Assembly (NCBI GenBank): GCA_963762255.1 | Contig: CAVXKA010000001.1 | Location: forward strand, 1,472,001 to 1,536,000 | Length of the DNA: 64,000 nucleotides | Direction of reading: 5' to 3' | From: Candidatus Eiseniibacteriota bacterium | GTDB lineage: Bacteria; Eisenbacteria; RBG-16-71-46; JABDJR01 | Part shown: positions 42,748 to 52,887 of the stretch, piece by piece | Position numbering within the stretch: position 1 is the stretch's first letter | Layout of the letters: each line of letters starts with the position of its first letter | Program-made: the position numbers and the translations under genes | The notes under the pieces: generated by a model | What the model saw: only the letters and a program-made list of their open reading frames with translations | The model's database searches: none | Told to the model about the DNA's origin: nothing

Positions 42748-43332
42748 ATGCCCGAGGAACTGCGAAACCACGAACTCGTCACCCTGGCTGTCTATTTGGT
42801 GGGAGGGGACGCCCATGAAGTTGACACGGAAGATGTCGCTATAAAGGCTGATGAACTAGCGCCAGGTCGATTCACGTGGAGGAAATATAGAGATCAGATT
42901 AATATTGAGATAATCAGAGCGTTTCTATCCGACGCTAAGAAACCAAAGAATGGTGGCTACCTCATTGGCACGGGGAACACGGGTTGGCTGTTGACTGGGG
43001 CCGGTTTGTCATTCGTTACTGCGAACCTGATCCGACTCAAAACAATACATGATCGCGGGGCACGTCTGGGCGCAGAGGAGCGTCGGCGTCGGACAAGAGA
43101 ACATGATCGCTTACTCAGTACTGCGGCCTTCCAGAAGTACTCGGCGGGCGAACAGTCTGCTATATCTATGCGGGACGCAGAGGCTGCCTTCAGGCTGAAT
43201 GAGTACATTGTTGGAGAGGCGCGACGCAGGAAGGTACAAAAGCTGGTCAATACATTCGCAGATGATGAGGAACTGGGAGGCGCGATCCGGTTCCTGGCTG
43301 CCCTTGCGTGCGGGGAGACCGGTGATGACTGA
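42748..43332 (+). CDS. Hypothetical protein, 194 aa, N-terminal winged-helix-like domain
   Basis: SD gggagg; helical segments then GWLLTGAG (WxLTxxG wing motif); overlaps the next gene by 8 nt. Confidence 0.65.
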   Translation: MPEELRNHELVTLAVYLVGGDAHEVDTEDVAIKADELAPGRFTWRKYRDQINIEIIRAFLSDAKKPKNGGYLIGTGNTGWLLTGAGLSFVTANLIRLKTIHDRGARLGAEERRRRTREHDRLLSTAAFQKYSAGEQSAISMRDAEAAFRLNEYIVGEARRRKVQKLVNTFADDEELGGAIRFLAALACGETGDD

Positions 43333-44986
43333 AGCAGAAGAGCTGTATGTGAAAAGTCACGTTTCACGTGATCTATTGCAGAGCGCGGCACTCTTCAAGA
43401 ATGACCACCTCGTCGTTTGGGAATACGTCTCCAATGGGCTTCAGTACGTCGACCCGGGTACGGTTCCCAGAGTCCGGGTGACGCTGGATGATAGGCGAAA
43501 GCGAATCGCGATCAAAGACAATGGGCGAGGAATGACGTTCGCTGACCTTCAGGACTTCTTCGTCATGCACGGAGAGAACGTCGATCGAAAGATCGGGCGA
43601 CCGGGTCGCGGGATGTTCGGAACGGGCAAGTCAGCGGCGTTCGGGATCGCAGAAAGACTGATCATCTCCACCACCCGGAACGGGATGCGAACACGGGTAT
43701 CCTTGTCCCGTGACGACATAAATGGGATGCGAGACAACTCCCCCATTCCCGTTCAGGTCTTGGAGAGAACAGAGAATTCGGAGGAAGCGAATGGGACACT
43801 GGTAGAGATTGAGGGCGTCCATCTTCGGAAGCTTGATCAGAAGAACGTCATTCGGTTTGTGGAACGACATCTCGCGCATTGGCCTCGCAACGTCGTTGTG
43901 TGGATCAACAATCACGAATGCCAGTATGTGCCCCCCGCGGCCCTGCGACTGGATGTGATTCACCCAAGCGGGGAAATCGCGGAGATTCTGGGGCCGTGCA
44001 AACTGAATCTGCGTGTGTCCGCGGTGCCGTTGGGCGCTGACGAGGCAGGCGTGGCGGTGTTCTCAAAAGGGGTGTGGTATGAGACGACCCTCGCCGGAAG
44101 CGAAGGGCGCGAGATGGCTAGCTTCATCTTTGGCGATATCGACATTCCTAGAATCGACGAGGATGACTCACCGATTGCTCCGTTTGATATGAGCAGGGCG
44201 ATGCATCTTAACGCTGCCAATCCCTTGGTTCAGACTGCATACGCGTTCATTGGGACCAGCGTTGAGAAGCTAAGAAGGGAGCTGGTGGCTGAGGAGCGTA
44301 GGAGGCGTGCTTCTGAGGAGGCGCAGAAACTGGCGATGCAGGGGAGCGAAATCGCCCGCGTGATCAATGAGGATTTCCGTGAGTTTCAGCAAAGAGTGGC
44401 CAAAGCGCGCGCACGTGCGCGGGGAGGAGACGACCTTGGGGTGACCGAGCTGGACGGGGGGGGAGAAGCAGCCGACCTGGTGTTTGGGCGCGACGAGGGA
44501 GCGGTTATTCTGGATGATCATGGCAGCCCTGGAGCAGAAGGGAGTGGGGGGGGCGGAGCGGGGGGAGAGCCGCGCACGCTGAACCCGGAGGTCGAAGCCG
44601 GTACGGACGCGGACCCAAAGCTCGGACAGAGATCCGGTAGCGATGGTGGGGGTAGGGCCAAGCCCCGTGGCGGGTTCAGTATTGAATTTAGACACATGGG
44701 CCAAGACCAGGACCGGGCCAAGTACCAGCGAGAAGCAAGGCAGATTGTCATCAACTTGGACCATCCCCAGCTACATGCCGCGCTTGGTTCAGGTAGCGTA
44801 GAAGACCCCGTGTTTCGACGGCTTGCATATGAGGTCGCGTTCTCAGAGTACGCGCTTGCACTGGCACTTGAGTTGGCGTTGCGCGATGAGTATGTGGACA
44901 TCACAGATCCGATCGTCGAGATTGGGGAGACCTTGAATCGAGTTGCGCGGCGCGGAGCGTCCCTCTATGAGGAACCCAGTACCTAG
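43325..44986 (+). CDS. GHKL (MORC/HATPase_c_3-like) ATPase, 553 aa
   Basis: N box WEYVSNG, G1 DNGRGM, G2 GMFGTGK, G3 GTLVEI; then a coiled coil, Gly-rich linker and INLDHP C-terminal motif. Confidence 0.85.
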   Translation: MTEAEELYVKSHVSRDLLQSAALFKNDHLVVWEYVSNGLQYVDPGTVPRVRVTLDDRRKRIAIKDNGRGMTFADLQDFFVMHGENVDRKIGRPGRGMFGTGKSAAFGIAERLIISTTRNGMRTRVSLSRDDINGMRDNSPIPVQVLERTENSEEANGTLVEIEGVHLRKLDQKNVIRFVERHLAHWPRNVVVWINNHECQYVPPAALRLDVIHPSGEIAEILGPCKLNLRVSAVPLGADEAGVAVFSKGVWYETTLAGSEGREMASFIFGDIDIPRIDEDDSPIAPFDMSRAMHLNAANPLVQTAYAFIGTSVEKLRRELVAEERRRRASEEAQKLAMQGSEIARVINEDFREFQQRVAKARARARGGDDLGVTELDGGGEAADLVFGRDEGAVILDDHGSPGAEGSGGGGAGGEPRTLNPEVEAGTDADPKLGQRSGSDGGGRAKPRGGFSIEFRHMGQDQDRAKYQREARQIVINLDHPQLHAALGSGSVEDPVFRRLAYEVAFSEYALALALELALRDEYVDITDPIVEIGETLNRVARRGASLYEEPST

Positions 44987-45059
44987 TCCTTCCGCTTCTG
45001 ACAGTGCCGGCTCCGCCATGGCCGCAGCAGCTGAGCACTGAGCCGAGGCGGAATTTGCG

Positions 45060-47462
45060 ATGAAGACGCAGGGGCGGCGCACTATTCCACAGTTGTTCCT
45101 TTCGGATAGTGCTCGGAGATGTCTCAAGAGACTGGCAATCGAGCGCGTCGTTGACCTAGCGCGCGTGACGCCCACGGAGATTTTGGGAGCCTGTGAAGAG
45201 AATCATGACACGCTCCAGGAAATCACGCAGCTCGCTTGGGAGATGGGCTCCCCGGTCGCAAGTCAACTAACGATTGACTTTGCCGGCACGCGCATTCATG
45301 AAGCTGATACTTCCGCCAACGTCCACCACCAGCATTCTGCGGATGTGGTCCCTCGTGTCCTTCTCTTGGGTGTTACGGACTTTCATCTTTCGGTACGTGC
45401 TCGAAATGGGCTAAAGAGGCTGAACATCGAGTTTGTAGGAGACCTTGTGACGACGCCAAGGTCGATCCTGCTGCGAACGCGTAACCTGGGCCGAAAGACA
45501 CTCGGCGAGCTCGAGCATCTCGCGGCTGGACTAGGCATGGTGCTGGGTATGCAGATTCCCTCCTGGGAGACGATCGACGCTTGTCGTGAGGCGACGCGAC
45601 ACCGTGCTGCCTTGGATGGATTGCGGGAGCGTCTGAAGCGCGGGGTCCGCGCCGAGGTCGTTCCTGTTGCTGAGTCGGCGAGTGCAGCCGCAGCGCCGAT
45701 GCAGAGCCATTGGAGATCCGAAGAACTCGCACTAATCATGCTCATGCGAGTGGCTGATTTCGGGCTCTCAGCACGCGCGAAGAGCGGCCTGGAGAAGTTG
45801 CACATCGAGTTTCTGGGTGACTTGGTCACGACGAAGGAGAGGAAGTTTCGAACGACGCGCAACTTTGGTCAGAAGACCCTGGAGGAGCTGCGCAATCTCG
45901 TGGGGTCGTTCGGGCTTGTTCTCGGATCCGATATGTCGGGATGGCTAGGCGTAGCAGCGCATGAGGCTGAAAAGCGGCACAAGGAGGAGATAGATAGGCT
46001 GTGGAGACGAGTTGCGCAGGAGCGCTTCTCTATTGATTCAACTTGCGGGGTAGAGCAAGAGATCGAATCGGCGCTGCACTTGGCACTACGTGCTGACCGT
46101 GTCAGGAGAGTCAGCGCATGGATGGGTCTCGGACGAGACGTGTGTCCAACGTTGGAGGAGGTTGGTTCGGAGTGCGGGGTTACGCGTGAGCGAATCCGGC
46201 AGATCGTGATGGCTGGAAGCACGAGGGTGCGTACAGTGCGGCTGGAAATGCCCAGGCTGCGCGGGGCACTTAGGGGACTTGAGGGAGCTGGATTGTTGTC
46301 AATCAGGAGCGCTGAGGCGTTTCTCAAGGAAGAGGGGTACACGACGGGGAACATCTCAATGGCGTGCCTGCTTCGGACTGCGAGGTTCTTCGGCATTCAG
46401 ACGCAACTGAGGATGATCAAGGGAGGTGGGCAAGAGTTCGTTGGCACGCCGAGAGCAAGAATGGTCCTCTTGCCAATCCGTCGTGAAACGCGACGGGCGG
46501 TCAGAAGGTGGGGATGCGCAACACTGGAGGATGTGGCGGCACAAGCGAGTCGGGAAGCTGCTCGTGCGATCTCAGCGGATCTGGTCGGGGACGTCGCGAA
46601 GACCTTCGGTGATTTCCGATGGCTGGATGAGGAGTCGGGCTGGTTCTGGCTTTCTAAGACGCGTCAGAATCGCCTGCTTTCTAGGATCGACAAGATTCTG
46701 GCTGTCGCGCCCCGCGTTGATCTGGCGCAACTCCGGGCCGGTGTTGGGCGGCACTATCGGATGGAGGGCTTTGCTCCACCCCTCCGAGTACTCCGCTCCC
46801 TTTGTGAACAGATGGAGGGCTGTGACGTCATTGATGGACAGATCATCGTTGCCCTGCGCCCACGAAGACTGGACATGGTACTCAGCGGCACCGAAAGAGT
46901 CCTCGTTACTGTAATGCGTGACCACGGGCCAGTCGTGTCATATGCGGAGATCGTGCGCCGATGTGTCGCCGCCGGCCTCAATCCGACAACGACGAGTGTT
47001 CATCTGGGTAACTCACCGGTCGTCCGTCGCCTCGCTCCTGGAGCGTATTCGCTGATTGGACAATCAGTGCTTCCCGGAGAGGTGGCTAGAGTGATCGCAG
47101 GCGCAACACATGGGAAACGGGTCATTCAGGATTCAGGCTGGGCTCGTGACGGGAGTGCATTCTGGGTGACATACAAGATCTCCGAGAGCGTTCTCCGGAG
47201 CGGTGTTGTGAGTGTTCCGGCCGGACTTGCGAAGCTCATGACGCCTCAGGGGTACGACTTGATCGGAGTTGATGGTGGGCATGTCGGACGCATCAGGGTT
47301 GCGGGGTCAAGCATATGGGGGTTCCTACCCGTCTTCCGAAGGCGTGGGGGAGATGCGGGGGACTATGTGCGTGTGACCTTTCGAAATAGCAGTGCTACGG
47401 CCAAGTTCGAATTCAGCGACATTCCATTCGAGGATGCGTACGTGACCCGGACCCTGTCCTGA
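45060..47462 (+). CDS. Protein with three RNAP alpha-CTD repeats, a sigma70 region-4 HTH and further probable wHTH modules, 800 aa
   Basis: LSVRARNGLKRLNIEFVGDL...NLGRKTLGEL; LSARAKSGLEKLHIEFLGDL...NFGQKTLEEL; degenerate first copy LSDSARRCLKRLAI; TLEEVGSECGVTRERIRQI. Confidence 0.85.
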   Translation: MKTQGRRTIPQLFLSDSARRCLKRLAIERVVDLARVTPTEILGACEENHDTLQEITQLAWEMGSPVASQLTIDFAGTRIHEADTSANVHHQHSADVVPRVLLLGVTDFHLSVRARNGLKRLNIEFVGDLVTTPRSILLRTRNLGRKTLGELEHLAAGLGMVLGMQIPSWETIDACREATRHRAALDGLRERLKRGVRAEVVPVAESASAAAAPMQSHWRSEELALIMLMRVADFGLSARAKSGLEKLHIEFLGDLVTTKERKFRTTRNFGQKTLEELRNLVGSFGLVLGSDMSGWLGVAAHEAEKRHKEEIDRLWRRVAQERFSIDSTCGVEQEIESALHLALRADRVRRVSAWMGLGRDVCPTLEEVGSECGVTRERIRQIVMAGSTRVRTVRLEMPRLRGALRGLEGAGLLSIRSAEAFLKEEGYTTGNISMACLLRTARFFGIQTQLRMIKGGGQEFVGTPRARMVLLPIRRETRRAVRRWGCATLEDVAAQASREAARAISADLVGDVAKTFGDFRWLDEESGWFWLSKTRQNRLLSRIDKILAVAPRVDLAQLRAGVGRHYRMEGFAPPLRVLRSLCEQMEGCDVIDGQIIVALRPRRLDMVLSGTERVLVTVMRDHGPVVSYAEIVRRCVAAGLNPTTTSVHLGNSPVVRRLAPGAYSLIGQSVLPGEVARVIAGATHGKRVIQDSGWARDGSAFWVTYKISESVLRSGVVSVPAGLAKLMTPQGYDLIGVDGGHVGRIRVAGSSIWGFLPVFRRRGGDAGDYVRVTFRNSSATAKFEFSDIPFEDAYVTRTLS

Positions 47463-47783
47463 CCGGATGTGGCGGCGGCCATCCCCCGCACCATCACCTG
47501 CTGCACCGCGAACACGATCCCCAGGAGCGTTCCGCCGGCATCATCCCGGTGTAAGTCGCTCCGAAGTCGCCAACCACATGCTCGCAGGACCAAGTCTCCT
47601 CGCGATGGCGCTTATTCGGTGTCTAGAAGATGGACGACTTCAGGAGCGCTGCCCGCGAGTCGGAGAACCCCAGCACCAACGCAAGCTCCGTCCACATGCC
47701 GAGGAGCAAGACCCGGCTCTTGCTCGATTGATTGAAGATCTGAAGGAGGTCGTTCAGCGCTCCGCCGATGGCAACGATGGTCC

Positions 47784-47818
47784 AAAAGAAAGGGAGGGGC
47801 CTCTCGGGCCCCTCCCTC
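47784..47818 (-). terminator. Intrinsic terminator for the minus-strand gene
   Basis: agggaggggcc...ggcccctccct hairpin preceded by aaaagaaa (U-tract on the minus strand). Confidence 0.7.
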
Positions 47819-47867
47819 GCGTAGCACCCCCCAGGGATATCGATACGCTCTGAAGCGAAACTGCGAG

Positions 47868-48377
47868 TTACTGGACGACGATCGCGCCGCGATCGACGAG
47901 ATCGATGCCGGTCACCTTCCAGATCTGGAAGGGGCCTTTGTCGCCGCCGCGAGCCACGATCTGGTCGCCGTCACCGACGAGGCGCAGATTGCCGGCGATG
48001 ACCGCAACCTGATAATTGAGTACCTTTCCGTCGAGGTCCTTCACCTCGAACGAAGCGCCGCGCACGGCGCGCACTTCCTGGCTGAACTCGCTCACGAGCT
48101 GCCCGCCCGAGATCGTGTCCTTGCGCCGGTCGATGAGGATCAGAGTCTGTGCGTCGTCGAGGTTCCCGGCGCCGGAAGCGATCGTGTAATTGGTGCCGTC
48201 GAACGAGAACGCCGTGCTGCGGGTCTGAGTCGTCGCGCCGCTGGCGCCGGCAAGGCCGTCGATCGCCGTGACGCGGACGACCGCCACCTTCCCGTCGGGG
48301 ATCGCCGCCGCGGAGGCGGTTGTAGCGATACCCGCAGCCAAGATGAGAGTCAGAAGGACAAAGCTTGCAGATTTCAT
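47868..48377 (-). CDS. Secreted hypothetical protein, beta-rich
   Basis: SD ggaggtggag; signal peptide MKSASFVLLTLILAAGIATTASA; own promoter and terminator. Confidence 0.7.
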   Translation of the reverse strand: MKSASFVLLTLILAAGIATTASAAAIPDGKVAVVRVTAIDGLAGASGATTQTRSTAFSFDGTNYTIASGAGNLDDAQTLILIDRRKDTISGGQLVSEFSQEVRAVRGASFEVKDLDGKVLNYQVAVIAGNLRLVGDGDQIVARGGDKGPFQIWKVTGIDLVDRGAIVVQ

Positions 48378-48422
48378 GGTGTGCTCCACCTCCGATTGGG
48401 TAGTCCGAAGGGTTCGGCCATC

Positions 48423-48452
48423 AGTATAGCACTCTAACTCGTTGTCGTTCAA
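48423..48452 (-). promoter_or_regulatory. Sigma70-type promoter with extended -10
   Basis: Minus strand TTGAAC-N18-TATACT with TG at the extended -10 position. Confidence 0.55.
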
Positions 48453-48637
48453 TGGGTTAATTTGCCCATCCATTCAAGTGTCGGTCGATCAACAGGTTGC
48501 GTGCGATTTGCATGACGCGCCGGCTCATCGGTGGGGGATATCGCCCGGGACAGTTGTGCGGGATCGTCGCCATGGGTACTCTCGGCGCCGGACTCCCGGC
48601 CGCACATCTCACCATCGCCCCTCAGCGAGAGACAACC

Positions 48638-51600
48638 ATGACGCGTTCCATTCGCCTCGCTCTTCTTGCTGCGCTCGTATGCGTGCTCGCGCCCGTCTCG
48701 GCGAGCGCCACCTCTCCTGTCGGTTATTACCGCCAGCCGTGGTTGCATGGCAACACGCTCGTCTTCATCGCCGAGGGGGATATATGGAAGGTGCCCGACA
48801 CGGGCGGCACCGCCACGCGGCTTACCAGTCACGCCGGCAACGAGGCAACTCCCGCAATCTCTCCCGACGGCAAGACGCTCGCGTTCGTCGCGTCCTACGA
48901 GGGCCCCACCGAGGTCTATACGATGCCGCTCGCGGGCGGGCTGCCCACCCGCCGCACCTATGGAAGCGGGAACAACATCGCCGTTGTCGGCTGGACCCCC
49001 GACGGTCGGGTGCTGGTGACGACCGACGTGTACTCCACGATTCCCAATCGTCAACTGGTCGCGCTGGACGTCTCGCGCGCGGACGCCGCCGGGCTTCCGA
49101 CGCGCCTCCCGCTCTTCCAGGCCGCCGACGGCGACTACACCCCCGACGGCAAGACGCTCTTCTTCACGCGGTTCGCCTTCCAGGGGAGCCATACCAAGCG
49201 ATACAAGGGAGGCACCGCGCAGAACATCTGGAAGTTCGCCGACGGCGACGACGAGGCGACCTGCCTCACCGGGGATTACGCGGGCACCAGCCGGCGCCCC
49301 ATGGTGTGGAACGGTCGCGTCTACTTCGTCTCCGACCGCGACGGCTCCATGAACCTCTGGTCGATGCTCCCCGACGGAGGCGATCTCCGGCAGCACACCC
49401 GCCACGAGGGTTGGGATGCGCAGGGCGCGGCGCTCGACGGAGGGCGAATCGTCTACCAGCTCGGCGCGGACATTCATCTCTACGACATCGCCGCCGGCGC
49501 CGACCGGGTCGTGCCGATCGCGCTCGACAGCGACCTCGACCAGATGCGGGAGCACTGGGTCGACAAGCCGATGACCTACCTCACCGCGGCGCACGTCGCA
49601 CCCGACGGCAAGCGCATCGCGCTCACCGCGCGCGGCGAGGTGTTCGTGGCGCCGGTGGAACAGGGCCGCTTCGTGCAAGTGACCCGCAAGGAAGGCGTGC
49701 GCTACCGCAACGCCCGCTTCATGCCCGACGGCAAGACGCTGCTCGCTCTCTCCGACGAGTCGGGGGAAGTCGAACTCTGGAAGCTGCCCGCGAACGGCGT
49801 GGGGCAAGGCGAGCGGCTCACCACCGACGCGGGGATCCTGCGCTGGGACGGCATTCCATCGCCGGACGGCAAGCGCGTGGCGCACTGGGACAAGAAGCAA
49901 CGGCTCTTCCTGTTCGACCTTGCCACGAAGCGCAACGTTCTGATCGAGGCGAGTGAGGTCGATCAGATTTCCGACGTCACCTGGTCGCCGGACAGCCGAT
50001 GGGTCGCCTACGTCGCGCGTGCGGAGAACTCGTTCCGCCGCATCAAGGTCTACAGCGTCGCCGACGGTTCGGTCACGCCCGTCACCAGCGATCGCTTCGA
50101 TAGCTACAGCCCGGCGTGGAGCGTGGACGGCAAGTGGCTCTACTTCATCTCCGACCGGAACCTGGTCTCCATCGTGCACGGCGTGTGGGGGAGCTATCAG
50201 CCCGAGCCGTACCTGGACAAGACGAGCCAGATCTTCGAGCTGGCGCTCGTGAAAGGGGCGCGCTCGCCGTTCGCCCCCGACGATGAGCTGCAAGCGGCGG
50301 AGACGGACGACGGCGGCGAGAAGGACGCGAAGGACGACAAGGACGCGAAGGACGAGAAGAAGGACGAGGAGGCCTCGGAGGGGCCCGCCGAGGTGCGCAT
50401 CGACAAGGAGGGCATCCAGGAGCGGTTGGCCCTCACCCCGATCCCGCCCGGCAACTATGGCTCGCTGGTCGCCGTCGACAAGGCGCTGTTCTGGCTCTCG
50501 ACCCAGACCGGCGCCGCCAAGGCGGATCTCGCCGGCGCCGAGATCACGAACCAGGATCTCGAGGTGAAGACGGTGGTGGAGGGGGTCACGAGCTACGAAG
50601 CCACCGCCGATGGCAAGAAGCTCCTCGTGCGCAAGGGCGAGACGTTCCACGTGATCGACGCGTCTCCCAAGGAGGCGGAGCTGGAGAAGAACGACGTCGA
50701 TCTGTCCACGTGGGCGCTCTCGGTGATTCCCCGCGAAGAATGGCGGCAGATGTTCACCGAGGCATGGCGGCTCGAGCGCGACTACTTCTACGACCCCGGC
50801 ATGCACGGCGTGGACTGGGATGCGATGCGCAAGAAGTACGAGCCCCTGGTGGATCGCGTCACCAATCGCGCCGAGCTGTCGGATCTGCTCGCGCAGCTCG
50901 TCTCGGAACTCTCCGCGCTTCACATCTTCGTCTACGGGGGTGAATTCCGTTCCGGCCCCGACAAGGCGGAGCCGTCCACCCTGGGTGCGGTGCTGCGCGC
51001 GCGACGCACGGGCCGGCGGCTATCGCGTCGAGCATATCTACCGTTCCGACCCCGACGAGCCCGGCCGCGCCAGCCCGCTCGCACGTCCGGGTGTGAACGT
51101 GGCCGACGGGGACGTGATCACGATGGTGAACGGGGTGCCCACGCTGGACGCCGCCGATATCGGAGTCATGCTTCGCCGGCAGGCGGGGCGGCAGGTGCTC
51201 CTGCGCGTGCAACCGTCGGCGGGCGAGCGCGCGGGACGCGATCGTGGAGCCGATGTCGCTGCGCGAGGAGTCCGAGCTGCGCTACCACGAGTGGGAGTAC
51301 ACGCGACGGCTCGAGGTGGAGCGGTTGAGCCATGGCCGCATCGGCTACGTCCATCTTCGCGCGATGGGGAGCGGGAACTACACCGAGTGGGCCAAGGGGT
51401 TCTACCCCGAGTACACGAACGAAGGGCTCATCGTCGATGTGCGTCGCAACACCGGCGGCAACATCGACAGTTGGGTGCTCTCCCGGCTCATGCGCAAGGC
51501 ATGGATGTTCTGGAGCCAGCCGGTAGGGAAGTCGCCGACCTGGAACATGCAGTGCGCGTTCCGCGGGCACGTGGCGGCGTTGTGCGACGAGAAGACCGCA

Positions 51601-51945
51601 TCGGACGGCGAGGTGTTCGCCGAGGGCATCCGCCGTCTCGGAATCGGCACGCTGATCGGCACGCGCACCTGGGGCGGAGAGATCTGGCTCAGCTCGGACA
51701 ACTTCCTCGTCGACGGCGGCATCGCCACCGCCGCCGAGTACGGCGTGTACGGACCGGAAGGGGAGTGGCTCATCGAGGGCCACGGCGTCGAGCCCGACAT
51801 CGTGGTGGACAACTTGCCGCACGCGACGTTCCGAGGCGAAGACGCGCAGCTCAAGGCGGCGGTGGATCACCTGCTCAAGAAGTTGGCGGACGAGCCGGTG
51901 CCGCCTCCGCCGCAACCCGAGTATCCCGACAAGTCGTTCAAGTAG
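48638..51945 (+). CDS. Tricorn protease (S41 family); +1 frameshifts near 50996 and 51228
   Basis: Signal peptide; propeller repeats (SPDG); KRYKGG, RDYFYDP, GYVHL, DVRRNTGG, catalytic TASDGE, GTRTWGG, EGHGVEPD spread over three frames. Confidence 0.9.
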
Positions 51946-51998
51946 GGCGCGCGCGGGGCGCCCTCGCGTCCCGCGCAATTCCCCGCGGAGCGGTCAAC

Positions 51999-52391
51999 AT
52001 GACGGAGGACTTGTTCGTTCTCTACGTTGCGGATCAAAGACGGAGCGCGGCGTTCTACGCGGCCGTGTTGGGCCGCGAGCCGAGGCTGGATGTGCCGGGG
52101 ATGACCGAGTTCGACCTGCCCGGCGGGGGCGCGCTCGGCCTGATGCCCGAAGCCGGGATCAAACGGCTCTTGGGCGCCGCGCTGCCCGATCCCGCGCGCG
52201 CGAACGGCGTGCCGCGGGCGGAGCTGTACCTGCGGGTCGAGAACCCGGAATCGTTCCACGCGCGTGCGCTGCGCGCGGGGGCGCGGGAGCTGAGCCCGCT
52301 GACCGCACGCGATTGGGGGGACGAGGCGGCGTACAGCCTCGACCCGGACGGCCATGTTCTCGCGTTCGCGCGTCCCATCGGACGGCCGTGA
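51999..52391 (+). CDS. VOC/glyoxalase family protein
   Basis: LYVAD...SAAFY, RDWG and DPDGHVL motifs. Confidence 0.85.
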   Translation: MTEDLFVLYVADQRRSAAFYAAVLGREPRLDVPGMTEFDLPGGGALGLMPEAGIKRLLGAALPDPARANGVPRAELYLRVENPESFHARALRAGARELSPLTARDWGDEAAYSLDPDGHVLAFARPIGRP

Positions 52392-52445
52392 GGTGTATCC
52401 TCTTATGCATCTGCGATCTCAACTTCTCACTTCGGGAGGGTTGAA

Positions 52446-52709
52446 ATGAGATCAGTCGAGCCGACGGTGTTCCTCGCCGGACCCCCCGCGAGCGGTCTCC
52501 CCTGGTGGGCGCCGATCGCCGTCTCGGTGGTGCTTCTCCTCATCGCGCGGGCGTACGTGCTATGGCACCGCCGGACACGCACTCCCGACGCGCCCGCGGC
52601 GGAATCGGTGGGAGAAGCGCCGGTTCAGGCTCCGCCGGACCCCCTGGAGCCGGAGATTCCCCCCAAGCTTGACCTTGCCCCGTCACAGGTCTACCCTTTG
52701 ACCTCATAA
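52446..52709 (+). CDS. Small single-TM protein, 87 aa
   Basis: SD gggagg; one hydrophobic helix then HRR and a Pro-rich tail. Confidence 0.4.
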   Translation: MRSVEPTVFLAGPPASGLPWWAPIAVSVVLLLIARAYVLWHRRTRTPDAPAAESVGEAPVQAPPDPLEPEIPPKLDLAPSQVYPLTS

Positions 52710-52715
52710 ATCCGA

Positions 52716-52837
52716 ACCTTCGGGGCGGGGTGCAAGTCCCCACCGGCGGTGATAGCCCGCGAGCGACGGCGCGCAAGCGCCCAAGCATGATCCCGTGGAA
52801 TCCGGGAGCCGACCGTACAGTCGGGATGAGAGAAGGT
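52716..52837 (+). ncRNA. FMN riboswitch (RFN element)
   Basis: CTTCGGGGCGGGGTGCAAGTCCCCACCGGCGGT...AGCCCGCGAGC...GAGCCGACCGTACAGTCGGGATGAGAGAAG upstream of the rib operon. Confidence 0.95.
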
Positions 52838-52887
52838 ACGGGACGTCCGTAGGCGGCGAGGTCCGCCCTGGATCGTCGTGCGTCTTG

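Larger units (their letters stand above)
42560..47470. other. Lower-GC accessory island of three co-oriented genes, candidate defence locus; boundaries approximate
   Basis: Hand count gives about 42% GC over 42841-42960; many A/T-ending codons throughout, unlike the GC-rich flanks; no integrase or att repeats seen. Confidence 0.7.

Noticed and set aside
45060-47462. Calling this gene rpoA or a sigma factor
   Set aside because: No alpha-NTD or sigma region 2, and not in the usual rpoA or rpoD context
47467-47853. 128-aa ORF after the island as a fourth component
   Set aside because: No SD, no motifs, and it runs through the terminator hairpin of the opposite gene
42480-47860. Island as a prophage, ICE or transposon
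   Set aside because: No integrase, transposase, tRNA target or flanking direct repeats found by eye
50320-50372. aaggacg repeats inside the tricorn gene
   Set aside because: Encode a Lys/Asp-rich low-complexity linker, ordinary for bacterial tricorn proteases; no spacers, so not CRISPR
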